This document shows positions 36,461 through 49,070 of a stretch of DNA of 64,000 bases, piece after piece. Position 1 is the stretch's first letter. Each line of letters starts with the position of its first letter. A program made the translations under genes and the position numbers. Origin of the DNA: Podarcis filfolensis (lineage: Eukaryota); NCBI GenBank assembly GCA_964270895.1, contig OZ185435.1, one strand, 5' to 3'. The notes beneath the pieces are model-generated. The model saw only the letters and a program-made list of their open reading frames with translations. It was not told the origin of the DNA and did no database searches.

Positions 36461-38609
36461 ATTTGTCTGCAGGTGCAGGTGCGCCTGCCTGCCTGCATTT
36501 TACCCCACATTCTCCATAGCAGCGGCTATATCTCCTTTGTCCTTAAGTGCATCTCCCAAAGTGATTTGAGAACCAGGATCAGTATATGTTTCTGTTATTG
36601 CCTGCTAAGTAGGGACATCCTCTTCTGGAGCCCCCCACCCCCACCCCCTGAATTGGTGATTTAACAAAGAAACTAGGATTTCCCTCCATATATTGTTTCA
36701 TTTCAGATTACCTAGTCAATGTCTGTGATAGAAATGCAAACAGGAGTTTGCCAGGCTGCTTAACTTGAAACTACAAAAGCAAGGCCTAAGAAAAGGCTTG
36801 CATTGCATTGCAATATTCCCTGAAGGTCAGCAGACTGTGCTAAAGAACATATATCCATCCTATAATAAATTTGTGCAGCCATATTCTGTACAAACACACC
36901 CACATAAATGGCATGTATATTGGTCTTCTGTAAACAGTGGAGGAGGAGGAGTGTGGAAATTCAAGGAGCAGTTGAGGCAAAATATTAGTTTTCGGTTGCT
37001 TTTTTCTACATCCAATTATTATGGAACCTAGGGTACCTTGAAAACTATGTTCCACCCAGAGTTGACTAGTTTATTTTGCAGAGAGCCTGTAATAATCTCT
37101 CAGACATGCAAAATACTCCATTCACTTCGAAATGACAGCAGGTTGTGAAGCAATCGTGTACCACGTCTCATAAAAATCTTTATTTTAGCAGGCATTATGG
37201 GTAATCAGCAAGATTGTATCTGCCTATAAGCAGAACCATAGTGTGTCAATAATAAGATAACTGTTTTGAACCTCTCCAGTGAACTGGGCTGGCTTTGGGT
37301 AGTTTGAAGGAGGTATGTCCTAATGATCAGCTCACATTACATTTCTTTTTCACATGCTGATGCTCCTTCCTTTCTGATAGCTATTATGGCCAAACTGTCA
37401 TGCCCTTCCCTTCCTCTTTTCTTTCTTTCCTTACTTTTGTTGCTGTGGTTGCTTTATCAGAGCTGCTCCTGTGTCTTTCCCCAAGTTGCTTCTTCTTTCC
37501 CCTTCCAATCACCTGTGTTTGGCTTTGGCATGGCAAGTTACTTCAGTGGTTTTTGAGGATATATTTTACACATCTAAAGAGTGTACACTTTCATTTAAGC
37601 TCAGGATAGGCTCTTACTGACTTCTGATATGTTTACAGAGAGGGAAGGCATGAGGAAGATGGAAGTATGCCTGAGCAGATGAAAGCTATATTGTTGAAAT
37701 ACTTAAGTGCATAGGTTCTGGTAAACAGATTAATTATTGAAGAAAAATTGCTTTCTTCAAAGAGATCAATACATCAGTGTGGTGCTTTCCTACTGAGACA
37801 GCTAACCCTTGTGTAACATTTTTAATGGCTATATTTTAAGCTGTTTCAAGATTCTCCTCTTTGGATGTGTCACACTGGGATATCCTGTTCTTCAGAAGTT
37901 TATCAGCTTTATATTCCTGCTTGAAAAATCTGAAATATTAGTATTATGGCTGCTAGGTGACCATTCTTTGTAAAGCTGACTGCAAACAAATACTAATAAG
38001 TGATCAGTTTATAATCTCTCAGTGGCTGCTAGTGATTAGGAAGAATCTTTCCTGAATAGGGAATTTACCAGCAAGATGGAGTCTGCATGTGTCAATGTCA
38101 GCTGATCGGCAGGGAGTTCAATCCTGCTTTTTGCAGGGACTGGCTGTCACACCTGAACCAAAAAGGATTCAACTTGATATGCATCAATTGATACATGGGG
38201 TGGTGGTGGTTTTCAATCCTGTTTCCTGAATCCACATCTCTACCTGCCCCATCCCTGACATCCTATGATACCAGGTGTGTGGCAGGTGGGCATGGTTTCA
38301 GGAATACAGCTTGGAAGGTCTGGCAAGCCAAGTTTGGCCTTCAGGCTGGAGATTCCCCACCCCTGATATAAAAAAAGAGCTCAGAGGCAGAGAGAGTTAT
38401 ATAATGTAGCTGGTTGGGCTAGAAAAAAGACTGGGCTCTATATAGCTCTTAGAAAATTTATGCAGGATGAATTATTTTGCTACCTGTTTTGTAGATGTTT
38501 GCTTGCTTCCAAAAGCCTGTAGACTTTGCTTGTATACTTATAAAGAAAACAAACAGCACAAATACATCTCAAGTCTTTAGTATATTCTCATACAAAGGAA
38601 ACTATATCC

Positions 38610-38930
38610 TGTATTTATTATTTAGAAATTTTATAAAGCACTTGTCCAATAAATAAACAAATCTTCAAATAGAGTACAAATAAAATAAAATAAAATAAAA
38701 TATAAAATATGACTAAACTGCACAAATGGATTAAAAACAAAGATGCATAATTAAAACAAATATGAAATCAATAAAACTTTTAGAAGAATTACAGTATAAC
38801 TAAACCATGTGTCTGGATAGGCTTCTGAAACAGAAACGTTTTCAGAAAATGCTTTAAAGTTGTATAGTGAGGGTTCCTGCCTAATGTCAATATTCAAAAC
38901 ATTTCAGAGTACATGTGTTATTACACCTGC
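38610..38930 (-). mobile_element. Decayed L2-type 3' end
   Basis: TATTTATTATTTAGAAATTTTATA tail-like start and GTTTTCAGAAAATGCTTTAAAG...GAGGGTTCCTGCCTAAT, parallel to 33960-34040. Confidence 0.55.
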
Positions 38931-40754
38931 AGTGCTACATCTGAACTTCTTACTGACACAATAGTTGACACTAAAATAGCTGCGCTCTTGTGTAAAGTAG
39001 GTGAAGCCAACCTAGTGCTCATCCAGGGTTGCCGGACTCCAGCTCCAATCAGTCCCAGCTATTACAGCCTGTTATCAGGGGTGCTGTGAGTTGTAGTCTG
39101 GCAGCATCTTATGGGTAACACATTCTCCATTTCTGCTGTAAAGGGGGGTGGGATGGTCATGGAAGAAAAGAGCAAGAGGGTCCCTCCCCTTTTGCACACC
39201 AGCGCCAGGGAAGGCTGAGGTAAAAGCTGCTGGAAAAGAAAACTATTGGATTGTATCTACTGGCTACCAAATTGTGCTTGAGTGGGACCTCTGGTTGACT
39301 AAACCTTAATCCAGGGAAGCTGCCTTAATGTCTAGGGAGATGTACCTCTGGCATTGTTGGGGACAACTATTAGTGTGTGATGGAATAGTTGATGAACTGA
39401 GCATGCCAGTGACTGTGGCCATTTGTGCAAAAGAAAAAGATGGTGGGGAATGGATATGCCTTTTTATGTACCCCTACCCATGGAAGCCCAGCAGCTACAA
39501 ACAGGAATGAGTGTGCCAGTACAGAAAGTGTAATGTTTGCAAGAGATTGTGTCTACTGTAGTGTGTGACAACACGTATGTGTGCTTGCATACTGATTGGG
39601 TTATATATAATTGGTTACCTGATCAGTGCACTTCTGGCTTGAAAAACATCAACACAGTACCTTATAGTAAGCCTGGATTTTTCTGCTTGGAGATAGACTT
39701 CAGGTGGATGTTAAGAGTCACAGGGACTAGGCAGTGCCGGTATGGCAGTCTCAGATTTTTATTTTATGTTTTACGATATAGATATTTTAACCAGAGGTAC
39801 CAAGGATTGAACATTGGACCTTCCAAATGCAAAACATGTGTTTCACTCCTTCAATAGAGCTTTTCTCTTTGACCCAGCCAATTCTGTCAAATCTGACTGC
39901 TGCCAGCAAGTAATGAACCCATAACTCTTTAGGTACAGATCGTTCACAGCACTGCTGTCTGAGATCCTTTGTGGACATGTCTGCAATTCAGGATGTTTCC
40001 TGCTGCCACCGTGAACAGTTTAGCTGCAGCAAAAGCATAAGAAAAAGTTTTCTTTATTCATGCAGGAATTCCATGCCAGTTTTACCTACACAGAAGTATA
40101 TCCCCAACCAAGAAGAAAACTGTAATATGTAAGCCAGCTATGTGTTCTGGCTCACTAGAGCATTAATTTAAGCAGCTGAACCCAGGGCAAGACTCCTTTG
40201 TTCCATTGTCAATGGAAATTGGATCAGTGTTTTGGTGTTTGAATTTCCACCACAGTCACAAAAGTAGTTCTGATAGTTACTGCAAGCTATAAAAAGTATT
40301 GATAATAGGCCCTTCAGGATATTTCAGCCATGCAAATAAGTACACAAATGTACACAAAAATGAGGCTTGTGAAATGCACCATCTTGATTATCTGGAGGCG
40401 ATTAATACTTGCCACAAGTCACCAAGGGAGTGGCTATTTACAATCCTGACATTATTATTCCCATAATGCATATGCAACCCTGCTGCTGCCTCTAGTACAT
40501 GAACAAATTCAGTGAACAGGCAGATGGTCACTCACCATGCAATCACAGCCATTCTCTTCTTTAAGGGGAAATTTACATTCTGCATTTTTTTTAAGTCACA
40601 GGAGAGAATATCTACAGAAGCTTCTGAAAAGACTGTCCAGAATTTCCTAATATCAACTGCTTCTGTAGTGAATCCCCCACTCCATCATTATTGAGGAGCA
40701 TATTGCATTTCAGTTTTTCCTACTATGACCTATTACTTAAAAAAGAAATGGTTA

Positions 40755-41100
40755 CAGGGCAGGGATAGACCTTGGTGATATGGCAGCCTGTGTGAGGCCA
40801 AAATTTGACACCCCTCCCTCAACCCTCACACTGCCTTGTCAAAGCTGGGTAAGGGAGGCACTGGGCTTTGGGAAGGAGGTGTGAGGCCCTGGGAGGGTTC
40901 TAGAGCCTTCTTTCCCTTTTCCCAAAGCAGAGCAGATACTAACTAGGCTTTGGGAAGGAGGTGGGACGATTTTAGGACTCTGTCAGAGCCCTCACACCTC
41001 CTTTCTGCTTACTAGGCTTTTGGAAGGAGGTGATAAAGCGCCCTCTCGGATTGGCATCCTGAGTGGCAGAACCAGTCACAGTACCTTAAATCTGCCCCTG
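40755..41100. mobile_element. PIF/Harbinger-like MITE with internal repeated unit
   Basis: Right end CCTTAAATCTGCCCCTG; three copies of GGCTTT(G/T)GGAAGGAGGTG. Confidence 0.55.
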
Positions 41101-41421
41101 TACAGGGACTACCATGTATCTCAGTACTATTTATCTTCTTCCATAGTTTCATCGCCAGTAGCTATGGTCATGCATAGGGCAAAACAGCACAGAGATCCAA
41201 ATATAAAACAAAGTATTTATTTTATTTATGATTTTTATTAAAATCAACACATGGTATATGTGTGCAATGAAAATGATCAAGAGGGTGGATTAACTCCCTT
41301 TTGAGTAAAGGTTACCAAATTGGGGACCAATAGTTTTACTTTGAGTGGAATTCTGTCCCCTAATTGAACTATAACTATGATCCAATAGGATGGAAAAGAA
41401 TGTCCATCAGTTGACAAAATC

Positions 41422-41595
41422 CAGTGGTGGATTTGGGGCTTTCAAATGTCAGTGGCGTCCTATGTGGCACCAAAATTTGGCGCCCTCACCTCTCACCTTC
41501 TGTTCTACATCGTTGTTGATGTTCCCCCTGTGGCACCCTCTCAGCTTGGTGCCCAGAGCAGGCGAACTGGTTGCACTCCCCTAAATCCGCCTGTG
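41422..41595. mobile_element. PIF/Harbinger-like MITE
   Basis: CAGTGGTGGATTTGGG ... CCTAAATCCGCCTGTG termini; internal CAAAATTTG motif shared with the 40755 element. Confidence 0.55.
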
Positions 41596-41929
41596 CCAAA
41601 TAGAATCTGCTTTGACTCCTGGACATCAAGATAGAAACCTCACTCACATAACCATCTCCTGTTTGAAATAATGCAAACAATGGCACTTTTAACTGTCACT
41701 CAGGCAAGCTGGTGATCCACTATAGCTCCTAGGAGGAACACAAAACAGTTGACATAACATCCCTTATCTCTATTCCACATAAAAACCTTTATACCTTTTG
41801 AAATAAAAACTTTGCCTCAGAAACAAGATTTCTCCACAGCCTCTCATTCTTCTACCTATCACCTAAATAGTAGGTGTCATTTTATATACTCTTTACCATA
41901 TACAGTATATCTCTTATGAGAGATTGTAT

Positions 41930-42115
41930 GAACCCAGGAGTTGGAGACCCACGACTCAAATCTGAGTCAGCCATGAACTCACTGTGTAGCAAAGTAAACT
42001 ATGGTACTTTTCTTCAACATGATGCGGAAGGTGGGGTTACCCATAGTAAGCTGAACTTATGAGTTTGTTACAGCAAGAATTACTGAGAAAATGTGTGTGA
42101 TATATAAACACTGGG
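41930..42115 (+). mobile_element. Decayed MIR/Squam3-like CORE-SINE
   Basis: CCAGGAGTTGGAGACCCACGACTCAAATCTGAGTCAGCCATGAACTCACTG is the reverse complement of the family at 44998-45226. Confidence 0.55.
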
Positions 42116-42399
42116 ATTGTTGTTAGATGATATCTACAAAATATATAATGGGGGTAGAAAAATACTACTGTTCCTAGATATCCATTCAGTCAGATAGACA
42201 GATGGAAGAGTACAAACAGTTCTCAGAGAGCAGGAAATATGGACTTATGCCTACAGCCTGATTTGAATGCCAAATAAATTTTATGAAATAAGCCATAGAG
42301 GGGAACCTGGTGTAACAGATTCATGTAGTATCAGAAAATCTAAAATACATTGGATCGTTACTTTGCAATTTCACGTGGTTATGTTAATTTACAAGCTTT

Positions 42400-42535
42400 T
42401 TTTTTTTTAAGGTCAAGCATCACATAGGAAGCTGGCAGCAATTTTTGGACACAGGCATTTCCTAGACCTATCTGGATATGCCAGAAATTGTACTTGGGAC
42501 TTTTTGCATGCAAAGCATGTGCTCTATCATGCATA
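42400..42535 (-). mobile_element. tRNA-headed SINE remnant
   Basis: GGGACTTTTTGCATGCAAAGCATGTGCTCTA is the reverse complement of a tRNA-Ala-like head. Confidence 0.55.
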
Positions 42536-43109
42536 GATTTATGGTGACTGTTTTGTATTAAAACTAGCAAACACAAAAACCTTCCCTAAAGATAAAGTAA
42601 AAAAATAATAATCCAGCCGTGGTTTTCTGAGCTCTGCATAATTAAAATACTCCCCTTTCCCAAACTCTAACTCCCTAATTGTGCTTTAGGCACAGTCTGT
42701 CCCTTGCTCCCACCTTAACAAAGGGGCTAATTTGTGCACGAGCACAGCCCAGCAAGCTTTTTCTTTCTATCAAAAGCAGTGTTAAAGCTAGGAGAAAATG
42801 TGTTCCCTTCCTCTCAAAGAAACCCACCCCATCTTTTTCTTTCTTTCTGGCAGCAGTGTTGACCATCACAACCCAGTCATCTTTGTGTGAGAGTGTTCCT
42901 TATTCAGCCCTGGGTGTTCAAAATGAAGGTTGCAGAACATCATCAGTTTAAGAACCTGGGCCAACGTCTGATACTGGGATATTTTCAGTCAGGAACCTGG
43001 GGTGGGAGTGGGAAAAGAGATTATCCTGCTTTCTTTCTTTTTACCCATATATATGCCCCTCACCCGTGAGACCAGAAACACATAAACAATAAAATCATAT
43101 GGTATAAGG

Positions 43110-43310
43110 CAGTGGTATCCAAACTGTTGACCTTTTTTGAGGATTGAAGTTGTTGAGCTTCTTTTACGGTTGACGTTGTTGGGCTACTTTTAGGACTGGA
43201 GTTGTCAAGGTTTTTTAGGATTTTACCCCAGGAAATAAACTGCCACAGGGGCCAGATTAAACCAACCGGCAGGCCGGATTAGACCCCGAAACGGACTTTG
43301 GACATGCCCG
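43110..43310. mobile_element. hAT MITE with 8-bp TSD
   Basis: TSD GTATAAGG at 43102-43109 and 43311-43318; termini CAGTGGTATCCAAACT / ACTTTGGACATGCCCG. Confidence 0.8.
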
Positions 43311-43627
43311 GTATAAGGGGAGTTGTCATGTTTCCTCTGTGAGCTAACTGCGGTTGGTACTGAAAGTCTGCACTGCAGGCCCTATTGACTGCAGTGTAAA
43401 ATGAACCAGCTTAAGCCACCAGCTGTGTTGTGCTTAACAGGCAAGCTTGGTGAAAACTGGAAAAGCCCAGGGTTCGAAATTCACCAGTTTTGGCAGCAGA
43501 AGTTTGATGAGGTAACAGGAATAGAAAGGTAACTTTCGTGATGATCCAGTGTCCTGTACAACAGTTAAAATGGCACTGAGTTAGGATTTACCTTGGTGCA
43601 AGGGGCATTGGATTGTCCTGTTAGTTA

Positions 43628-43975
43628 GGTAAAAGGGACCCCTGACTGTTAGGTCCAGTCGCGGACGACTCTGGGGTTGCTGCGCTCATCTTGCTTTACT
43701 GGCCAAGGGAGCCGGTGTACAGCTTCCGGGTCATGTGGCCAGCATGACTAAGCCACTTCTGGCGAAACCAAAACAGCGCATGGAAACGCCATTTACCTTC
43801 CCGCCGGAACCACACCTATTTATCTGCTTGCACTTAGACGTGCTTTTGAACTGCTAAGTTGGCAGGAGCTGGGACCAAACAACGGGAGCTCACCCCATCG
43901 CAGGGATTTGAACCACCAACCTTCTGATCAGCAAGCCCTAGGCTCTGTGGTTTAGACCACAGCACCACCCGCTGT
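43628..43975 (-). mobile_element. Sauria SINE flanked by a 44-bp duplication
   Basis: Colinear with the other copies; duplication at 43584-43627 and 43976-44019 (43/44 identical). Confidence 0.96.
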
Positions 43976-44194
43976 GGATTTACCTTGGTGCAAGGGGCAT
44001 TGGATTGTCCTATTAGTTACTGGGTAGTAAATAAGAACTACTAACTCCTATGGCGAAACTACCAATGACACAAGGGGTAAGCATTTGGCTTCTTTTCTTT
44101 TTAGTGTGGGGTGTCTGGCAGGGAATTTTTGCAGCTGGAAAATCTGGTTTAAAAAAAAACTGGGTTTGAAATTGCCCACTGCCTTCTCCCATTC

Positions 44195-44234
44195 AGTCAG
44201 ACAGTCAGTCAATCAATCAATCAATCAATCAATC
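44195..44234. repeat. (TCAR)n tetranucleotide microsatellite
   Basis: CAGTCAGACAGTCAGTCAATCAATCAATC... Confidence 0.9.
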
Positions 44235-44708
44235 AGGAATGCAAGGATGGGTAGGGCAGGCTTAAAGGCAGGACAAGGCAGCAGCAGCCTATTATTGTAA
44301 CCATCTTTAGCTGCTTCATAGTGAAAATGCAAGAAGTTAAAACAGAAACAAAGGGACTTGCCAGAATTAAATTCTTGGTCGTCATGGTGACTACAGCTAC
44401 TTCATTTGTCGACTGCTAGCTAATGGTATTAAAAGCTGCCGAAAGGTCCGATGCTTTCCCAATCATTCTACAGAGGTTCAAGACCACAGAAACAGGGACA
44501 TAATTTGTTATAAAGCTCTTGTCATCATAATAGTTTTGTCACAGTAAGGAATGATGTATCTTGGGTGGATTTTTTTTTTAAAGTTATGCTCTTCCCTGTT
44601 CAGCTCTTGGTCATCCACTAGACAACTAAGGCTGCTTCACTGTCTAACTGCATCTAACTGTTTTTGCTGCCCAGAATGGTAACGGGGGCAACCCAATCAG
44701 ATGGATGG

Positions 44709-44710
<2 letters not shown>

Positions 44711-44744
<34 letters not shown>
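44711..44744. repeat. (TAA)n microsatellite
   Basis: Directly visible. Confidence 0.95.
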
Positions 44745-44745
<1 letters not shown>

Positions 44746-44997
44746 CTAAAGCTGTCAGGTTCAGCCCCTATACCTCCATTTAAAAGGAGCTCATAATAAT
44801 GTAGGACAGTAACACAGCCAGCAGTAGACAGATGAAGAAGCCAGAGTGTTTTATAGCTATTTACAGTAGCTGGAGATTCTGGAGATGGAAAAGGCATTCC
44901 CCTCAGCTTTAATCATTCCCCTCCATGATACTTACTCTAAGTCGTCAGGAGCTTGTACAGCTCATTTCCCTGTCTTTCTTTGGCCTCCATTGATCCC

Positions 44998-45226
44998 TCC
45001 CCTTTATTTTATTGATTTACTTATTATATTTCTATATCCCCCTTTTCCTCCAAGGAACACATGGCAATGTGCATGGTTCTCCTCCTCCACATTTTATCCT
45101 CACAAGAACCCTGTGAGGTAGATTAGGCTAAGATATGGTGACCAGCCAAAGGTCACCCAGTGAGCTTCATGACCGAGTGGGGATTCAAACCTTGGTCTCC
45201 TAGGTCATAGTCCAACAGTCTAAACA
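44998..45226 (-). mobile_element. MIR/Ther1-lineage CORE-SINE (Squam3-like)
   Basis: ATTTTATCCTCACAAGAACCCTGTGAGGTAG...GGTCACCCAGTGAGCTTCATG...GGATTCAAACC, with an L2-type tail. Confidence 0.8.
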
Positions 45227-47411
45227 TTGTCAACTTACACATGAACATTGCATTATGTGGCATATTTAATTATAAATAATGAATCTCACTTGCCTCAAGA
45301 TTTCTTCAAACCTCTTTTACCCCATTCTCTCTGTATAGGCTTTACTGCCATCAGTGTTCAACAAACTTACAGGTTTTTGGCAGGTTTTTTAAAAGGGTTT
45401 AAAAAAATATCAATTTCTTTTAATTCAAAACTTAAGTACTTCTACCTACTTAGGGTGTTCCCCAAGTATGTTGAAGCAGCTATCTTATTTTTGTGTGGCC
45501 CACTTTCGTTTCCAAAATGATAGGCACTTAACCAGCTAAATTCTCTATTAGAGGCTGCCAGCCAGCCATGCTCCCCGCCCCCAGGATACACCATTCCCCC
45601 TTCCCCCTTCCAGTTTTCCACCACTTCTAGCAACATTTCTGTGGCCCCTGAGACTATGTCCACATGAGTGGCTTAAAATGCAGGGAGGTTGTTCTATCCA
45701 TGCCCCTTCCTCCAGTTGTCTTTCAAGTTGTAGTTGCACTTGCTCTACACAATAAACCTACAGGATGCATAAAGACTGTGGCTAACACCATGCATACTTG
45801 GCTTCAGACACCAGTGGTGGGAGCACACTGGCGCTGGAGTAAGCAGTAATGTTTACAGAGCCTGAGCATGTTCAGTCCTCATTGGAAGGTGCTGCCCCTT
45901 AGGTTTTCTCCTTTTTTATTTTTGTACTTCTGCAACCCTTGGGGTCCCTCTAAGTATGATACCTGACTCTTATTTTCCCAGTGGTCCTGTTTGGCTCCAG
46001 TCCTGTTGGCACTTATCACTGAGTTCACCATTAGATGAAATCATGATGATGATAACTGAGGGGAGGAGATGAGTTCAAACAATTTAAAGCTTTTAAAATT
46101 CAAGGCAAGTGCTTCAAATTTTGCCCAGAAGGCTATAGTAATGATCACTTGGTAATTTCTTGGCACTTTCGCTGTGGAAGGTACTAGATGATTTGGTGCT
46201 AGATAAGTTCAACAAGTGAAGAGGGTATTACTCCACCATCTACACAACCAGACTCTCTTCAGGTTGAATAATGGATAAAGAAATGCTGAGATTCTTCATT
46301 TAATTACTTCAATTTATATCCTGCCTTTTCAACTGCTAGGTGTTCTTCATCTGTTACTTTTTAACCAGACTAAGCAGTCTGATAAAACTGTTTTGGAGAT
46401 GGAGCACTGCTGGTATGGACCTATACTATAATGTGTGTGGTTTTTTTAATAATTAGCAATGAAATATTTGCAACAGTTTACATAGCCACGTGCAAGTATA
46501 GCAATGCAACACTTGTTGCACCTTTGTTTCAAAATTTGTGAAAAAGCTAAAACTTCAGTGCACTGAAACGAACATTCACTTGCCACAATCCATTGCAACT
46601 TCTGCACTGGCCCACTGAATATAAAGTACTGGACCTGGAATCTCCCAAGCACCGTATATCTAAAGGCTTTCAATCTAAGGCCCAACACAGAAAAAGAGAA
46701 GGGGGAAACAAGCAACTCTTAAAGTTACACGGCCGTTCATGTAATGACCAGCTAGAACGGAAATAGTTGCCTGAGCGGGGTGGGGGTGGGGGGAGAGAAT
46801 GGCTGCTGGTCTCTCAGCCAACTGATGGAGTGGGCCTGATCTCATTTCTCCTTTTCCTCTGCTGTAGCTAGGTGAAATGGCGAATGATAGATCTTGCAAA
46901 CTTCCCATTGTTTTTAAGGGGCTTTGGTTAGAAGACTGTCTCAATAAATTATGCTCACCATCTTTCCTCTGCTTCTCCCAAAATAAGAACATCCATTGCA
47001 TGTATGTGCCTCTTTTCCCTTAAATGTTTTGAATGGTGTTGTTTTCATTGACAATATTGGACTAATAAGCCATGGGCTGAGGACCGTTACTGTGTCATGT
47101 AATTTTCACCATCTGGGTAGTACTTTATCTCTGTGAAATTATATAGCAAATAATCCCATTGACCTTAGGCTAAAGTTCTCCACAAGATTTCACATGGGGA
47201 GTATTTTGTTTTGTTTTTGGTCAGGATGCATTTAAAGACATGAGCCCCAAACCAATTTTACACCCTGCCAGTTTGCGTTTGCTTCTACTGTGGTTGCTTC
47301 ATTTGCAGCCAAGGGGCTCAAAAGGACTGGAACAGATCCCCAGTATAGTCAAATAATTATTAGGCATCACGTATAAAATGCAAGCTATTTGGTGGAAAAC
47401 TGGTATAGATT

Positions 47412-47437
47412 ACACACACACACACACACACACACAC
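47412..47437. repeat. (AC)n microsatellite
   Basis: Directly visible. Confidence 0.95.
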
Positions 47438-48204
47438 TCCTTGAGCATATTCCAGCCAAAGTTAAAAATGGTGTGAGAATGTTAGTTTGTGTTGCCTTGT
47501 CAGTTCCCTATCTCTCTCACTCACTCTCTCCCATACACACAGAGGTTTCTCTGCTTCACACATTTCTACGGTGTGTAACCTAAATTCAGGGTGTGTGGGG
47601 AGGAAGCAGCTGTGATAACATGTTGTCATTGCCTTTGCTAATAGAACATGATGCTTCCTATCTTTTCCCATCCGCAAATGGGGGAAGTGGTGCAGATAGG
47701 GCCCTGGGATTGGTTACAATCTAGAGAAATCACAAAGCAGATGGATATTGAGCAGATAAGCGTTAATCTGCCCTGGGAGAGGATTAATCAGGTGAAATAT
47801 GGCTCTCTGTGTGTGCATGTGTGGTGGGTGGGGGAGGAGATGGTGGGCAGCTGGTTCGCCTGTCATCTCTCCAGCTCCTGATTTCGTAGTCCTTGTTTTT
47901 GTACTATGGTGTGAAAGAAGAGTTTTAGTCATCTAATTTTCATTGACCATCAAACGCCTGGCAATGAGGAACGTATCATACATTCTGTACAGATTCCTAT
48001 TTATTCTGCTAGTACAATGTTTAAAGAAACTCTGTTCATATTCTGCTTTCAGTGAACAAAATATTCTTTCCTCTTTCCTCTTTTGCTTAAACAGCTTTGC
48101 TTTAGTTTACAAATTTGCATGTTTTGTTTGTCCAAACAAATGCAGCAGTTGCACTGTAGTTGTGCCCAGTGCATCTAGGCCCCCCCCATTTCTTACTGTT
48201 TGTT

Positions 48205-49070
48205 GGCATTAATTAATAAACATCTGTCACCAAATAACATTTCTCCACACAGAGGACCTACCACTTTCCTGATCATCTTCTTGCTTCGAACATAGCTGAA
48301 GAAACCTTTTAAAATTATTTTTAACCTCTCTTGCAAGTCTGAGCTCATTCTGAGCTTCGGCCCACCTGACCTTCTCCCCACAAATGTTGGGTATTCGTAT
48401 ATATGTCTCCTTCATGATTTCCCCTTTCTTCCATTTCCTATACGTGCCCTTTTAAAATCTCAGCTCATCTGTAAAGTCCTTATGCAGCCACACTGGTTTC
48501 TTTAGATGCCTCCCACTTTTCTTTCTTGTTGGCATTGTCTGCCTTTGTGCCTTCAGTATTTCACCTTTAAGAAACTCCTATCCATCTTGGACTGACTCCT
48601 TTCTCTTTGAGTATTTCTCACCGGGGGATCTCACACCCAGGAGTTCCTTAAGCTTTTTGAAATCAGCCTTCTTAAAGTCCAGAGTGCATTCCTGACCACA
48701 CTTGGCTTTCCTTTGCCTGTGTATAATGACATTCAAGAGGACACTTCATCCCAATGTTCCCAGTACTTCCACTTCATCAATCAGTTCCCCCCTATTAGTG
48801 AGGACCAGGTCCAAGATAAATGATCACCTCGTTGCTTCTTCCACATTCTGGGGAAATGAAATGGTGAGCAAGGCAATTCAGGAATTTGTTGGAACTTACC
48901 TTCTTGGCAGAGTTTGACTTCCAACAGATTTTGGGGTAATTTAAGTCTCCCATGACTACTGTATCTCTCCTTTTTGAATGTTTGGTCATTTGCTCTAGGA
49001 AAGTATTATCCAAGTCTTTGGTTTGGCTTGGTGGTTTATAGAAGACACCCACAGTAAGTTCACTGTTTTT
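48205..49070 (-). mobile_element. CR1 LINE ORF2 internal fragment (APE endonuclease and linker)
   Basis: GVFYKPPSQTKDLDNTFLEQM...VVMGDLNYPKICWKSNSAK (YRPP and GDFN motifs, decayed) and downstream KGFFSYVRSKK; frameshifted. Confidence 0.92.

Noticed and set aside
37323-37609. Signal-peptide-like ORF MAKLSCPSLPLFFLSLLLLLW
   Set aside because: Hydrophobicity follows from a T/C-rich tract; there is no good splice donor or other support.
46080-46102. C/D box snoRNA-like ATGATGA...CTGA
   Set aside because: Boxes are only a few bases apart, with no guide region or terminal stem.
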